Notes under the pieces: model-generated | What the model was told of the DNA's origin: nothing | Database searches by the model: none | Seen by the model: only the letters and a program-made list of their open reading frames with translations | IMG/VR virus record: IMGVR_UViG_3300018083_000059 | Span: 1 to 42,521 of that record | Length of the DNA: 42,521 nucleotides | Origin: a virus | Direction: 5' to 3' (one strand) | Part shown: in pieces, positions 23,210 through 30,961 of the stretch | How the letters are laid out: every line of letters starts with the position of its first letter | Position numbering within the stretch: the first letter of the stretch is position 1 | Position numbers and translations under genes: made by a program

Positions 23210-23775
23210 TGGACGCGATCGTCAAGAACGCCCATCTGTGGCGGCGCCATCCCGAAGACTTCTACGTCGAGCCAGGTTGGGTTTCGTGGAGGTTATTCGA
23301 CGTTGAACAGTTCAAGGGGGCAATATGGGATCCAGCTTGCGGAATAGGACGGATCGTCGATTCAGCAAGTCGGAATCATCATTATCTTTCATTCGGGTCT
23401 GACATCGTTAAGCGGTCGGACTGGTGTGAGAACGAAATAGATTTCCTCTCTGCCCCTGTTCAAGAGTGGCACGAGATCGTCAGCAATCCACCTTTCGGCA
23501 TCGCCGACAAATTCATCAAGCACGCCCTTGCCGCTCGCAAGGTGGCGATGCTCCTCCCGACGAAATGGATGAATAGCGCTGCCCGCGGCAAGTGGCTTGA
23601 GACCACGCCGCTGAAGCAAGTGTTGCTGCTTGCGCCACGGCCGTCGATGCCGCCTGGCCCGGTGATCGAGGCCGGCGAGAAGCCCGGCAACGGCACCGTC
23701 GACTTTGCCTGGTTCGTGTGGGAGCGCGGCTATATCGGCGCACCGACCATCGGGTGGCTGAGGAGAGACGAATGA
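23209..23775 (+). CDS. Small DNA N6-adenine methyltransferase
   Basis: IWDPACGIGRI (SAM motif I) and SNPPFGIADKF (motif IV, NPPF). 188 aa. The N-terminal half is visibly lower in GC. Confidence 0.75.
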   Translation: MDAIVKNAHLWRRHPEDFYVEPGWVSWRLFDVEQFKGAIWDPACGIGRIVDSASRNHHYLSFGSDIVKRSDWCENEIDFLSAPVQEWHEIVSNPPFGIADKFIKHALAARKVAMLLPTKWMNSAARGKWLETTPLKQVLLLAPRPSMPPGPVIEAGEKPGNGTVDFAWFVWERGYIGAPTIGWLRRDE

Positions 23776-23957
23776 ACCCGTTCGAAGCTTTCGCGAAGAA
23801 ACACGAACTTATCATCACTTATACAAATTGGCCTGTTCTTGATCATCGTTTTAAATATTGCGCCGCCTATTCGGGCGTCGAGAGATGCGGCTACGGCGCC
23901 ACCGAAGAAGAAGCTATCGCTGATCTCCTTCGCTTTGATGATGAAGATGCCGAATGA
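23772..23957 (+). CDS. Hypothetical protein with C-terminal GYGATxxEAxxDL motif
   Basis: ATGA coupling at both ends, low GC3, 61 aa. ...CGYGATEEEAIADLLRFDDEDAE. Confidence 0.55.
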   Translation: MNPFEAFAKKHELIITYTNWPVLDHRFKYCAAYSGVERCGYGATEEEAIADLLRFDDEDAE

Positions 23958-24703
23958 ACCCCTTTACCACCCACGGCATCGACCACCTCAGCGCCTCGGC
24001 GATCAACCAGTTCGCCGCCAGCCCCGCCATCTTCGTCTTAGAGCGTGTCCTCAAGCGCAAAACGCCTGTCGGCGCCGCCGCCCACCGCGGTTCGGCAGTC
24101 GAGGACGGCATCGTCCACGGCCTCACCACCGGCGCGGACGACGACGCCTGCGTCACCTACGCCATGGCATCCTTCGACCGGCGGGCGGCGCTCAGCGGCG
24201 ACCTCCGCCGCGATACCGAGCGCAAGGCGGTCGGCGACATGGTGAAGACCGGCCTGGCCGAACTCCGCAGTTACGGCGAGCCGACAAGCATCCAGGGCAA
24301 GATCGAGCACTCCTTCCCCGACGTCATGGTGCCGCTGATCGGCTTTTATGACACCGAATGGGCCCAGCACGGCATCCTGATCGACATCAAGTCAACCCAC
24401 CGGATACCGTCCGAGATCTCGACCAGCCATGCCCGCCAGGTCGCCCTTTACCAGACGGCCCGCAGCGATAACGCCGACGCCCGGCTGAGCTACATCTCGC
24501 CGAAACGCGCCGCGACCTACCAGCTGGAAAACTTCCGCCGGCACCTCGCCGCCATGGAGCGCATCGCGCTGACCATCCAGCGGTTCCTGAGCATCAGTGC
24601 CGATCCGCAAGAGCTGGTGGCGATCGTCGCCCCAGACACTGATTCCTATTACCTCGCAGACCCGAGCGCGCGACAGGCGGCTTTCGATGTCTGGGGTTAC
24701 TGA
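23954..24703 (+). CDS. PD-(D/E)XK family exonuclease (RecB/Cas4-like phage nuclease)
   Basis: ...GILIDIKSTHRIP....HARQVALYQ matches the D-x(n)-(D/E)xK ... QxxxY arrangement. Lies next to the SSB-like gene. Confidence 0.6.
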   Translation: MNPFTTHGIDHLSASAINQFAASPAIFVLERVLKRKTPVGAAAHRGSAVEDGIVHGLTTGADDDACVTYAMASFDRRAALSGDLRRDTERKAVGDMVKTGLAELRSYGEPTSIQGKIEHSFPDVMVPLIGFYDTEWAQHGILIDIKSTHRIPSEISTSHARQVALYQTARSDNADARLSYISPKRAATYQLENFRRHLAAMERIALTIQRFLSISADPQELVAIVAPDTDSYYLADPSARQAAFDVWGY

Positions 24704-24743
24704 ACTCGACCCGTGACGGGCGAGAATGACAAGGAGAGAAGCA

Positions 24744-25421
24744 ATGGCACTTGGATTGAACTTCGATAGTAATTCCGGCGATATCATGCCGATCATTAAA
24801 TACGATGCCCGAGCCGGACGTATGTTTCGGATCGACCGGGAAGATGGCGTCAATACTCCCGAGGACATAACCGACGAGTTCAAAGCCGTCTTCGACTTTG
24901 AGAATGTCGAAACCGGCTGGATCGATTTCCAGACCGGTGGAGCCCCGATCTTCACACTGTCCCCATTCGGCACTACGCCGCCGCCATTCCCCGGAGGCAG
25001 TGCCAAGCCCGGCGTTAGGGTGATGCTGCGGCTGGCCCAGGATTGTGGCAACGACGTCCGGGAGTTGGCGACAACCGCCAAGGCCGCCCTCCGCGGCATC
25101 GACGCCCTGCATACCGCCTATATGGACGCCAAGGACGCCAACCCCGGCAAGCTGCCTGTGGTGGCGATCGAGAAGATCATTCCGATCATCTCCGAAGGCG
25201 GCGGTCAGAAGACCACCAATTACTCACCAATCTTCGTCATCATTGGTTGGACCGAACGGCCAAAGGATCTGATCTTCAAAGCCAAGAACCAGCCGAAGCC
25301 ACAACTGGCGGCCGCCAATGGGACGCATGTTTCAGCCCCGGCGACCGGCTCGACCAAAGTCCCTCCTCCATCAAAAAAATCAAAGCCTGCGATGACCGTC
25401 GTGGAAGGCGACTTTGGCTGA
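24744..25421 (+). CDS. Putative ssDNA-binding protein (T7 gp2.5-like)
   Basis: AGGAGA SD 6 nt before the ATG at 24744. Basic/Pro-rich linker. C-terminus ...VVEGDFG resembles the acidic aromatic tail of gp2.5-type SSBs. Sits in the recombination/replication module. Confidence 0.4.
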   Translation: MALGLNFDSNSGDIMPIIKYDARAGRMFRIDREDGVNTPEDITDEFKAVFDFENVETGWIDFQTGGAPIFTLSPFGTTPPPFPGGSAKPGVRVMLRLAQDCGNDVRELATTAKAALRGIDALHTAYMDAKDANPGKLPVVAIEKIIPIISEGGGQKTTNYSPIFVIIGWTERPKDLIFKAKNQPKPQLAAANGTHVSAPATGSTKVPPPSKKSKPAMTVVEGDFG

Positions 25422-25837
25422 TGCTGGAGGGCGCCGATCGGGAGAAGTTCCTGAAGCTTCAGGCCCTTTTCGATAGCCCGGTCGAGAGCGAGCGGCTGGC
25501 GGCATTATCAGCCGCCAATCGCCTCCTCGAACGCAATAACACGACATGGCGAGACCTCAACGGCCACTCGCCAGTCCCCGTCTCACCGCCACCACCACCG
25601 GCATGGTCGCCGGCCGCTGACGCCCCAGCCGAAGAACGAAAACACCTCGGCAAAGAGGCCGCCGACCGGATGTATCTGGTTCTTCAGGAACTGCTGGCTC
25701 ACAAGCTGACCGCTTGGGAAACCAAGTTCACGACCGACATGATCGCCAAAATAGAAGAATACGAAGGGCGGTCGTTCTTGAGCAGTAAGCAACTCGCGAT
25801 AATAGAACGCATGTACGACGACTACATATCAAAATAA
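25421..25837 (+). CDS. Hypothetical protein
   Basis: TGATG coupling; 138 aa. The N-terminal KFLKLQALFDSPVESERLAALSAANRLLE helix pair is common in phage replication-module proteins. Confidence 0.5.
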   Translation: MLEGADREKFLKLQALFDSPVESERLAALSAANRLLERNNTTWRDLNGHSPVPVSPPPPPAWSPAADAPAEERKHLGKEAADRMYLVLQELLAHKLTAWETKFTTDMIAKIEEYEGRSFLSSKQLAIIERMYDDYISK

Positions 25838-25912
25838 GGGGTCGGGGTTGAGGTGCGGCAGCCTCCCCGTGATTTCCCATAACCAAAGCCGGCCAGGACG
25901 GAACGAAGGATC

Positions 25913-28030
25913 GTGCCGGCAATCTCCTTTCATCCTGAATTTGCCGGCCCGTCTGACTGGGCCGCCATGTACCGCCGATGCGGCCTGCAGGTGGTCCCGG
26001 CGCCATACCCGATGCGCGCTGCCGGCGACAAGCGCCCGGCGCTGCCGGAATGGCGAACCCTGCACGAGGCCCTGGTCACCGACACGGTGTTCGAGCGCTG
26101 GTACGCCTACGGTACCGGCACGTACCACAAGAACCCCAATATGGGCGTCATCTGCGGCCATGCCTCGGACAACCTCATGGTCATCGACGCCGACCAGTAC
26201 AAGTCGGCGACCTCGGGCAACTGGTGGCAGGACGTCATCAGGGTCCATAACCACGGCATCGACCCTGACACCTGGCGGGCGAAGACCGGCGGCGGCGGTA
26301 CGCATCGATTCTTCAAGGCGCCGATGCATTGGCGCGTGCCGACCAACAGCACCGCCCTCGAGGTCGACATCCGTGGCCAGGGCGGCTTTGCCATGCTGCC
26401 GCCCAGCAAGCACCTAAGCGGCAATGATTACGAGTGGATCGACGGCTTCGAGCCGTGGACCACCGAACTCGCCGAAGCGCCGCAATGGCTCCTGGATGCG
26501 ATCGACGAGCTGGTCGCAAACCATGCCGGCGCCGGCACTGGCGGGACCGCACGTACCACCCATCACGGCCCCGACTTCGATGCCCTCGGTTTCCGGATCA
26601 ACGGCCGCGAACAGTATATGACGCAAATGGTCTGGGCGGCCTGCGTCAACCTGTGGCGCGACAGCCCGATCATGCCGCATCCGGCCGACCTCGACCGCCT
26701 GATGCGAGAGGCATACGCGGTTTATGAGCTCCAGGTTGGAACCCGGCTGAAAGGCGTCGACAGGGATGCCGGCCTGGAGCAGGAGGGACGCGGCATCTCG
26801 ATGTTCGCCGTCAAGTGGCGACGAGCTCTGTCGAAGTGGGAAGGCAAGATCGCCGAGGACGGCGCCATCCCATCACCGAACCAGCCACCGCCAGGACAGA
26901 CGCCACCGGGCGCCCCACCGCCACCGCCTGGATCACAGTCGGGATGGTCTGCAGGGCAGTTCAGTGGCACTTCAGACCCGATCCCTGTCGGCAGCATCAA
27001 AGGCATCCCCAAGCCGCGAAAGTGGCTGGTGCAGGAATGGATACCAGCCGGCGCTATTACCGCGCTCTACGGCGACGGCGGTACCGGCAAGACCCTCCTC
27101 GGCCAGCAGCTTGTCTATGCAGGCGACATCGGCGCCATGTGGCTCGGCATCGAGATGCCAATAACGCGCAGCCTCGCTGTCCTTTGCGAGGACGATATGG
27201 ATGAACTCCATCGCCGCCATGACGATATCAAGGCCGACCTTGGCCATGCGATCGGCAATCCCTTCACAAGATCATGGGTCTGGCCGCGGGTTGGCAGTGA
27301 CAACATCCTGGTGACGTTCGACCGCGACAACCGGCCGAACGTTTCGGCCTTTTTCTTCCTGATCAAAAAGCACGTCCTCGACAAGCAGATAGAGCTTTTG
27401 GTGCTCGACACCGTCGCCGACTTCTTCGGCGGTAATGAGAACATCAAGGCGCAGGTTAACTACTTCATCAAGGTGATGTGCGCCGACCTTATCGTTGAAG
27501 CCCACGCCGCCGGCTTCACGCTGACCGTGGTGCTGCTGGCACATCCATCACAAGCCGGCATGAACACCGGCGCCGGCACCGCCGGTTCGGTTGGATGGAA
27601 TGCCGGCGTCAGGTCGCGCCTTTATCTCACCCGCGATCCGAACGGCGGCGCCAATGACCGAATCCTCGCCCGGATGAAATCCAACTACGCGGCAGCTGGC
27701 GATGACAAGACCATGAATCTGGTCTGGGCGGATGGCGTCCTCAAGCCACGCCTGCCTGGCGCCGTGGCGTGGCCCGATCGCCATACCTGCCAGCAGATCC
27801 TCGACGCCATCGCCGAAGCCTGGAATTCGGGAAAGCCGTGGTCGAGCGCGCCACGATCGAAAACTGAAAACCGATACGCCGCCGAACGCATCTCGGAGAA
27901 GTTCCCGGTGCGCATCAGGCAGGCCGAGATGATGATCAAAACATGGATCAAAAACGAGGTGCTCAGCACCGAAATTGCGTCTTCGCATAAAAACCTCAGG
28001 GGACTGAAGGTAATTGGCAAAATCGATTGA
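25913..28030 (+). CDS. Bifunctional primase-polymerase / RecA-like (AAA_25, RepA/P4-alpha-type) helicase
   Basis: GTG start after GAAGGA. Prim-pol motifs LMVIDAD, GGGGTHRFF, VDIRGQGGFAMLPPSKH..YEW. Walker A YGDGGTGKT, then LVLDT (Walker B-like). Confidence 0.85.
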   Translation: MPAISFHPEFAGPSDWAAMYRRCGLQVVPAPYPMRAAGDKRPALPEWRTLHEALVTDTVFERWYAYGTGTYHKNPNMGVICGHASDNLMVIDADQYKSATSGNWWQDVIRVHNHGIDPDTWRAKTGGGGTHRFFKAPMHWRVPTNSTALEVDIRGQGGFAMLPPSKHLSGNDYEWIDGFEPWTTELAEAPQWLLDAIDELVANHAGAGTGGTARTTHHGPDFDALGFRINGREQYMTQMVWAACVNLWRDSPIMPHPADLDRLMREAYAVYELQVGTRLKGVDRDAGLEQEGRGISMFAVKWRRALSKWEGKIAEDGAIPSPNQPPPGQTPPGAPPPPPGSQSGWSAGQFSGTSDPIPVGSIKGIPKPRKWLVQEWIPAGAITALYGDGGTGKTLLGQQLVYAGDIGAMWLGIEMPITRSLAVLCEDDMDELHRRHDDIKADLGHAIGNPFTRSWVWPRVGSDNILVTFDRDNRPNVSAFFFLIKKHVLDKQIELLVLDTVADFFGGNENIKAQVNYFIKVMCADLIVEAHAAGFTLTVVLLAHPSQAGMNTGAGTAGSVGWNAGVRSRLYLTRDPNGGANDRILARMKSNYAAAGDDKTMNLVWADGVLKPRLPGAVAWPDRHTCQQILDAIAEAWNSGKPWSSAPRSKTENRYAAERISEKFPVRIRQAEMMIKTWIKNEVLSTEIASSHKNLRGLKVIGKID

Positions 28031-28050
28031 TTATTCAATTAGTTATGGGC

Positions 28051-28162
28051 TTGCGAAGACGCCTGCTAAGACGCTTGCGAAGACGTCTGCGAAGACGCGA
28101 AGACGGTATCCTCAAACCCGCAGAAACCCTTGCGAAGACGTTGCGAAGACATGTGCGAAGAC
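28051..28162. repeat. Iteron array (TGCGAAGAC), candidate origin of replication
   Basis: Copies at 28052, 28076, 28088, 28131, 28142, 28154. Variant TGCTAAGAC at 28064, truncated GCGAAGAC at 28097. The first four are 12-bp phased. Lies directly after the primase/helicase stop. Confidence 0.6.
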
Positions 28163-28164
28163 AT

Positions 28165-28214
28165 CCCCCCCCGTACCCCCCCCCCGCACGCGAGGGAGGC
28201 TTGGGGCCTCCTCG
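28165..28214. other. C8-GTA-C10 homopolymer pair followed by a GC hairpin and an A7 tract
   Basis: CCCCCCCC (28165-72) GTA CCCCCCCCCC (28176-85). CGAGG(G)AGGC / GCCTCCTCG stem at 28191-28214. AAAAAAA at 28222-28. Confidence 0.8.
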
Positions 28215-28283
28215 CGGCGGCAAAAAAAGAACCCCACCAAACCGCCCCGGCCACAACGCCGTGGACAACGTCAGGAGGACGCA

Positions 28284-28685
28284 TTGCGCTACCGGGATTG
28301 CATGATCGTTTGGACGCCGATCAATTCGTTCGTCTGGAACCACGACGAGAAGAAAACAGTCCCCAACCCTCGGCGAGGAGAAATCAGGGTTGGGCTTCAT
28401 CCCCATGAAACCGATTCATTAGCAGGCTACGACAAGAGCACAGGTGCCTGCCATTGGGACCGGAAAAGCATGACGCCATTGATGCAGGTCGCGTTCATGC
28501 TCGTCGACTTCTACGAGATCATCACTCATGACGGCCTGAACCCGCGGAAGGTCCACAAAGCATTCCTGGCGATCGACGAATTCCGCTGGGTCATCTCACC
28601 CGACATGGAAGGCGCCGAACCGGCCCCGGAAGAGTGGGCGAAGCAGATGAGGCTTGCCGGTTATGTCGAGGCCCAGCATGCCTAA
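28284..28685 (+). CDS. Hypothetical protein
   Basis: TTG at 28284 lies 5 nt after a perfect AGGAGG; the alternative start is the ATG at 28302. The upstream part of track ORF 28014.. only translates the iterons. Confidence 0.5.
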   Translation: MRYRDCMIVWTPINSFVWNHDEKKTVPNPRRGEIRVGLHPHETDSLAGYDKSTGACHWDRKSMTPLMQVAFMLVDFYEIITHDGLNPRKVHKAFLAIDEFRWVISPDMEGAEPAPEEWAKQMRLAGYVEAQHA

Positions 28686-29304
28686 GCCCCCCACCAAGCC
28701 CGTCGACCGCCCCACCCATCCCGCCGTCCCGCCCTGGCACCAGACCCACGGCACCTACATTGCCGGAAGATCCTTCCTCGATGCGGTCGACATGCTGGCG
28801 GCCGAGATGGAGGCGAAGTGGGGGGCAGGCCGGCTACGCCTCCTCGTCCCCCAGCTCATGCGCGAGCGCTTCGACCGGCAGCGCTATCTGCTCAACCAGG
28901 CCGTCTGGCATGGCGACATCGAAGCTGTCCGTACCCAGGCACCACGCATGGCCACCGCCTGGCGCGTCCTCGACGAGCAAGCCACCCGTGACGGCCAAGG
29001 CCGCCTCGGCGACATGGTCTGGGAAATCACCCTCGGCGACGGCGGCGTGGCAGCCATCGTCCCCGACGCCCATCACGCCAGCAAGGTCCAGCCCGAAGGA
29101 CGTCACGTCCGGGTCTACACCCTCGACGAAATCGGAAGGCTCCTGACCGCCTTCCCCGAACTCGCCAAGGCGAAGGAAACATTCCCCGGCGCTACCGTCA
29201 TCGCCGCCAGGCGAACCATCCCCGACCCCCTCGACGCCATCGCTGACACCCAGCATGGCCTCGACGACGATCTCGACGACCGGGGGCCTTTTGATGCCCG
29301 CTAA
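28678..29304 (+). CDS. Hypothetical protein
   Basis: ATG at 28678 overlaps the upstream gene by 8 nt; 208 aa, good GC3. Confidence 0.55.
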   Translation: MPKPPTKPVDRPTHPAVPPWHQTHGTYIAGRSFLDAVDMLAAEMEAKWGAGRLRLLVPQLMRERFDRQRYLLNQAVWHGDIEAVRTQAPRMATAWRVLDEQATRDGQGRLGDMVWEITLGDGGVAAIVPDAHHASKVQPEGRHVRVYTLDEIGRLLTAFPELAKAKETFPGATVIAARRTIPDPLDAIADTQHGLDDDLDDRGPFDAR

Positions 29305-29878
29305 GCGCAAAGCTGCCCGCCGCGAACCTAACGGTCGCCGCTCCCGCCGCCTCATCCACATCAAAGATCACGACGCCATGACCGAGCGCGAAGCCAAATC
29401 CGTCGCCATCAACGCCCGTATCCGCCACGGCATCCCGCCCGATCTCGCCGACCTCGTCGATGCCGGCCGCCCCAATGCCGGCACTGTTCACGGACGCCTC
29501 GCGCTAAATGGCCTGCTGACGCCCGAACAGTGGCGGGTGGCGGAATGGTACCTGCGACGTCACGATGCCTATCAGCGGGCTTCCCTGAGCCCCGGAAGGG
29601 CATTCCACCCGTATGGGGAGCCGGTCGACGTATTTGGCGACGAGACGGACTATGCCGTCTGGGCCAGGCAGGCCATCGGCGACTGGGCGGCCATCCTCGA
29701 CTGCCTCAAGCGCGCTTCGATCACCCATAGCCTCGACGGCGGGTTCGCCATGCGTACCGACCTCGCCACCATCCTCGACTGCATTATCGTCCGCGAGCTG
29801 TCACTGCCAGACCACATAGCCACATTGCGCCGCGGCCTCGATGTCCTCGGCGACCAGTTTCTCGGCAGCGAGCCTTGA
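29294..29878 (+). CDS. Hypothetical protein with basic N-terminus (last early gene; a regulator is possible)
   Basis: ATG at 29294, 11-nt overlap with the upstream gene. MPAKRKAARREPNGRRSRR... Lies immediately before the strong terminator. Confidence 0.5.
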   Translation: MPAKRKAARREPNGRRSRRLIHIKDHDAMTEREAKSVAINARIRHGIPPDLADLVDAGRPNAGTVHGRLALNGLLTPEQWRVAEWYLRRHDAYQRASLSPGRAFHPYGEPVDVFGDETDYAVWARQAIGDWAAILDCLKRASITHSLDGGFAMRTDLATILDCIIVRELSLPDHIATLRRGLDVLGDQFLGSEP

Positions 29879-29939
29879 CTTGGCGACTGAAATGATTATC
29901 GAATCGTCACGTTCAGTTTCGTCGGAATTTTGTCAATAG

Positions 29940-29968
29940 CCCGCCCGGCCATGCCGCGGCGGGTTTTT
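29940..29968 (+). terminator. Rho-independent terminator separating the early and late operons
   Basis: CCCGCC-CGG / CCG-(C)-GGCGGG GC-rich hairpin followed by TTTTT (29964-29968). Confidence 0.65.
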
Positions 29969-29985
29969 CGCGTGAGGGCCAGCCC

Positions 29986-30180
29986 ATGACAGGCGCACTC
30001 ATCGGCCTCATCTTCCTCATCATCATCGTCGGCGTCGTCGTCTGGATCGTCCTCCAGCTCGTCGCCATGCTGCCAATGGACGCCGGATTCCAGAACATCG
30101 CCAAAGGCCTGATCATCATCGTCGCAATCCTCATCATCGCCTACAAAGCCCTGCCACTCCTCGGGATACCGGTGCCGTGA
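29986..30180 (+). CDS. Small two-TM membrane protein, holin-like
   Basis: GAGGG SD. 64 aa with two hydrophobic helices (LIGLIFLIIIVGVVVWIVLQLV; GLIIIVAILIIAY). First gene after the terminator, upstream of terS. Confidence 0.4.
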   Translation: MTGALIGLIFLIIIVGVVVWIVLQLVAMLPMDAGFQNIAKGLIIIVAILIIAYKALPLLGIPVP

Positions 30181-30413
30181 ATTCTACCGCGCGATCGCTA
30201 GTCCATCGATCGTCTGTTCACATCAAGGATATGGCCCTGTCCGTGCAGGTGAAGCGCATGCTTAGGGATAGCGGATTGCGAACCGCCGCAGGCGTGAGAA
30301 ACAAGACAGAAGATCAACTACTCCGTCTGCCAGGCTTCGGTCAGCGACGCCTAAGCGAGGTCAGGGACGCTCTCGCGGAACTGGGTTTCACCCTCAATCT
30401 GAACGGGCAATAA
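30177..30413 (+). CDS. RNA polymerase alpha-subunit C-terminal-domain-like (helix-hairpin-helix) protein
   Basis: DMALSVQVKRMLRDSGLRTAAGVRNKTEDQLLRLPGFGQRRLSEVRDALAELGFTL follows the alpha-CTD pattern L.LSVR..N.L...gI.....L...t...L......G.kSl.Ei...L...G..L. Confidence 0.55.
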   Translation: MNSTARSLVHRSSVHIKDMALSVQVKRMLRDSGLRTAAGVRNKTEDQLLRLPGFGQRRLSEVRDALAELGFTLNLNGQ

Positions 30414-30826
30414 TGGCCGGCGTCAAAGGTAAAGGCGGCCAGAAACCGGCAGTAACATTCTCAATCAAGATCATGGAAACCATCTGTGAGCGCGTCGCGG
30501 TTGGAGATAGCTTGAACCAAATCTGTAAAGAGACAGGGTTCCCAAGCGAAGCTTCAGTTAGGCAGTGGATTACTTTAGACCGCGAAGGATGTGCCTCGAA
30601 ATACGCGCGTGCGCGCGAACAACAGATGGAGTGGTGGGCGGATGATCTTATCAGGATCGCCGATTCAGCCATGAATGACTATGAGAGCGTTAACGCCGTG
30701 AGGGTCGCCGTCGATGCTCGAAAATGGGCGATGTCGAAGCTGGCGCCGAAGCGGTTCGGTGACCGCATCGAGCATGCCGGCGGGGTTACAATCCGCCACG
30801 AAGACGACCTGGCGAAGCTGAAATGA
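30413..30826 (+). CDS. terS: Terminase small subunit
   Basis: ICERVAVGDSLNQICKETGFPSEASVRQWI...YARAREQQMEWWADDLIRIAD...VDARKWAMSKLAPKRFGD is the classic phage TerS HTH plus oligomerisation pattern. Confidence 0.8.
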   Translation: MAGVKGKGGQKPAVTFSIKIMETICERVAVGDSLNQICKETGFPSEASVRQWITLDREGCASKYARAREQQMEWWADDLIRIADSAMNDYESVNAVRVAVDARKWAMSKLAPKRFGDRIEHAGGVTIRHEDDLAKLK

Positions 30827-30961
30827 CGTGGCGATGGCGTAACCGTGGTCGGGGGCACTTCCTTACAATCCACCTGTGCTGGGGGAGGAGGGCCGAAATG
30901 CTCGCGGTGCTGAGCATGGACCACTCCAGGGTCTCGACGCTGTGGCGGGCGGTCGCCTGAA

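Noticed and set aside
25043-25420. Upstream extension of the 25421..25837 gene (track ORF 25043..25837), and similar N-terminal extensions at 3229, 5571, 7237, 17806, 23718 and 38441.
   Set aside because: The extensions overlap the preceding well-supported genes in another frame and read as Arg/Pro/Gly-rich filler. In each case an ATG that overlaps the upstream stop (ATGA/TGATG/TAATG) gives the natural coupled start.
28051-28162. Possible CRISPR array, because of closely spaced direct repeats.
   Set aside because: The repeats are only 9 nt with 2-3 nt between them (12-bp period). There are no spacers of 25-40 nt and no cas genes. The array fits iterons, not CRISPR.
28014-28283. N-terminal 90 codons of track ORF 28014..28685 (AKTPAKTLAKTSAKT...).
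   Set aside because: The peptide repeat is just the translation of the TGCGAAGAC iterons and the poly-C tracts. A perfect AGGAGG followed by TTG at 28284 (or ATG at 28302) gives a sensible start downstream.
30899-30961. 20-codon ORF (MLAVLSMDHSRVSTLWRAVA) and a 6-bp inverted repeat ATGCTC...GAGCAT between terS and terL, as a possible leader peptide or pac element.
   Set aside because: It is too short and has no SD or other supporting signal. The inverted repeat is weak. I cannot distinguish it from chance.
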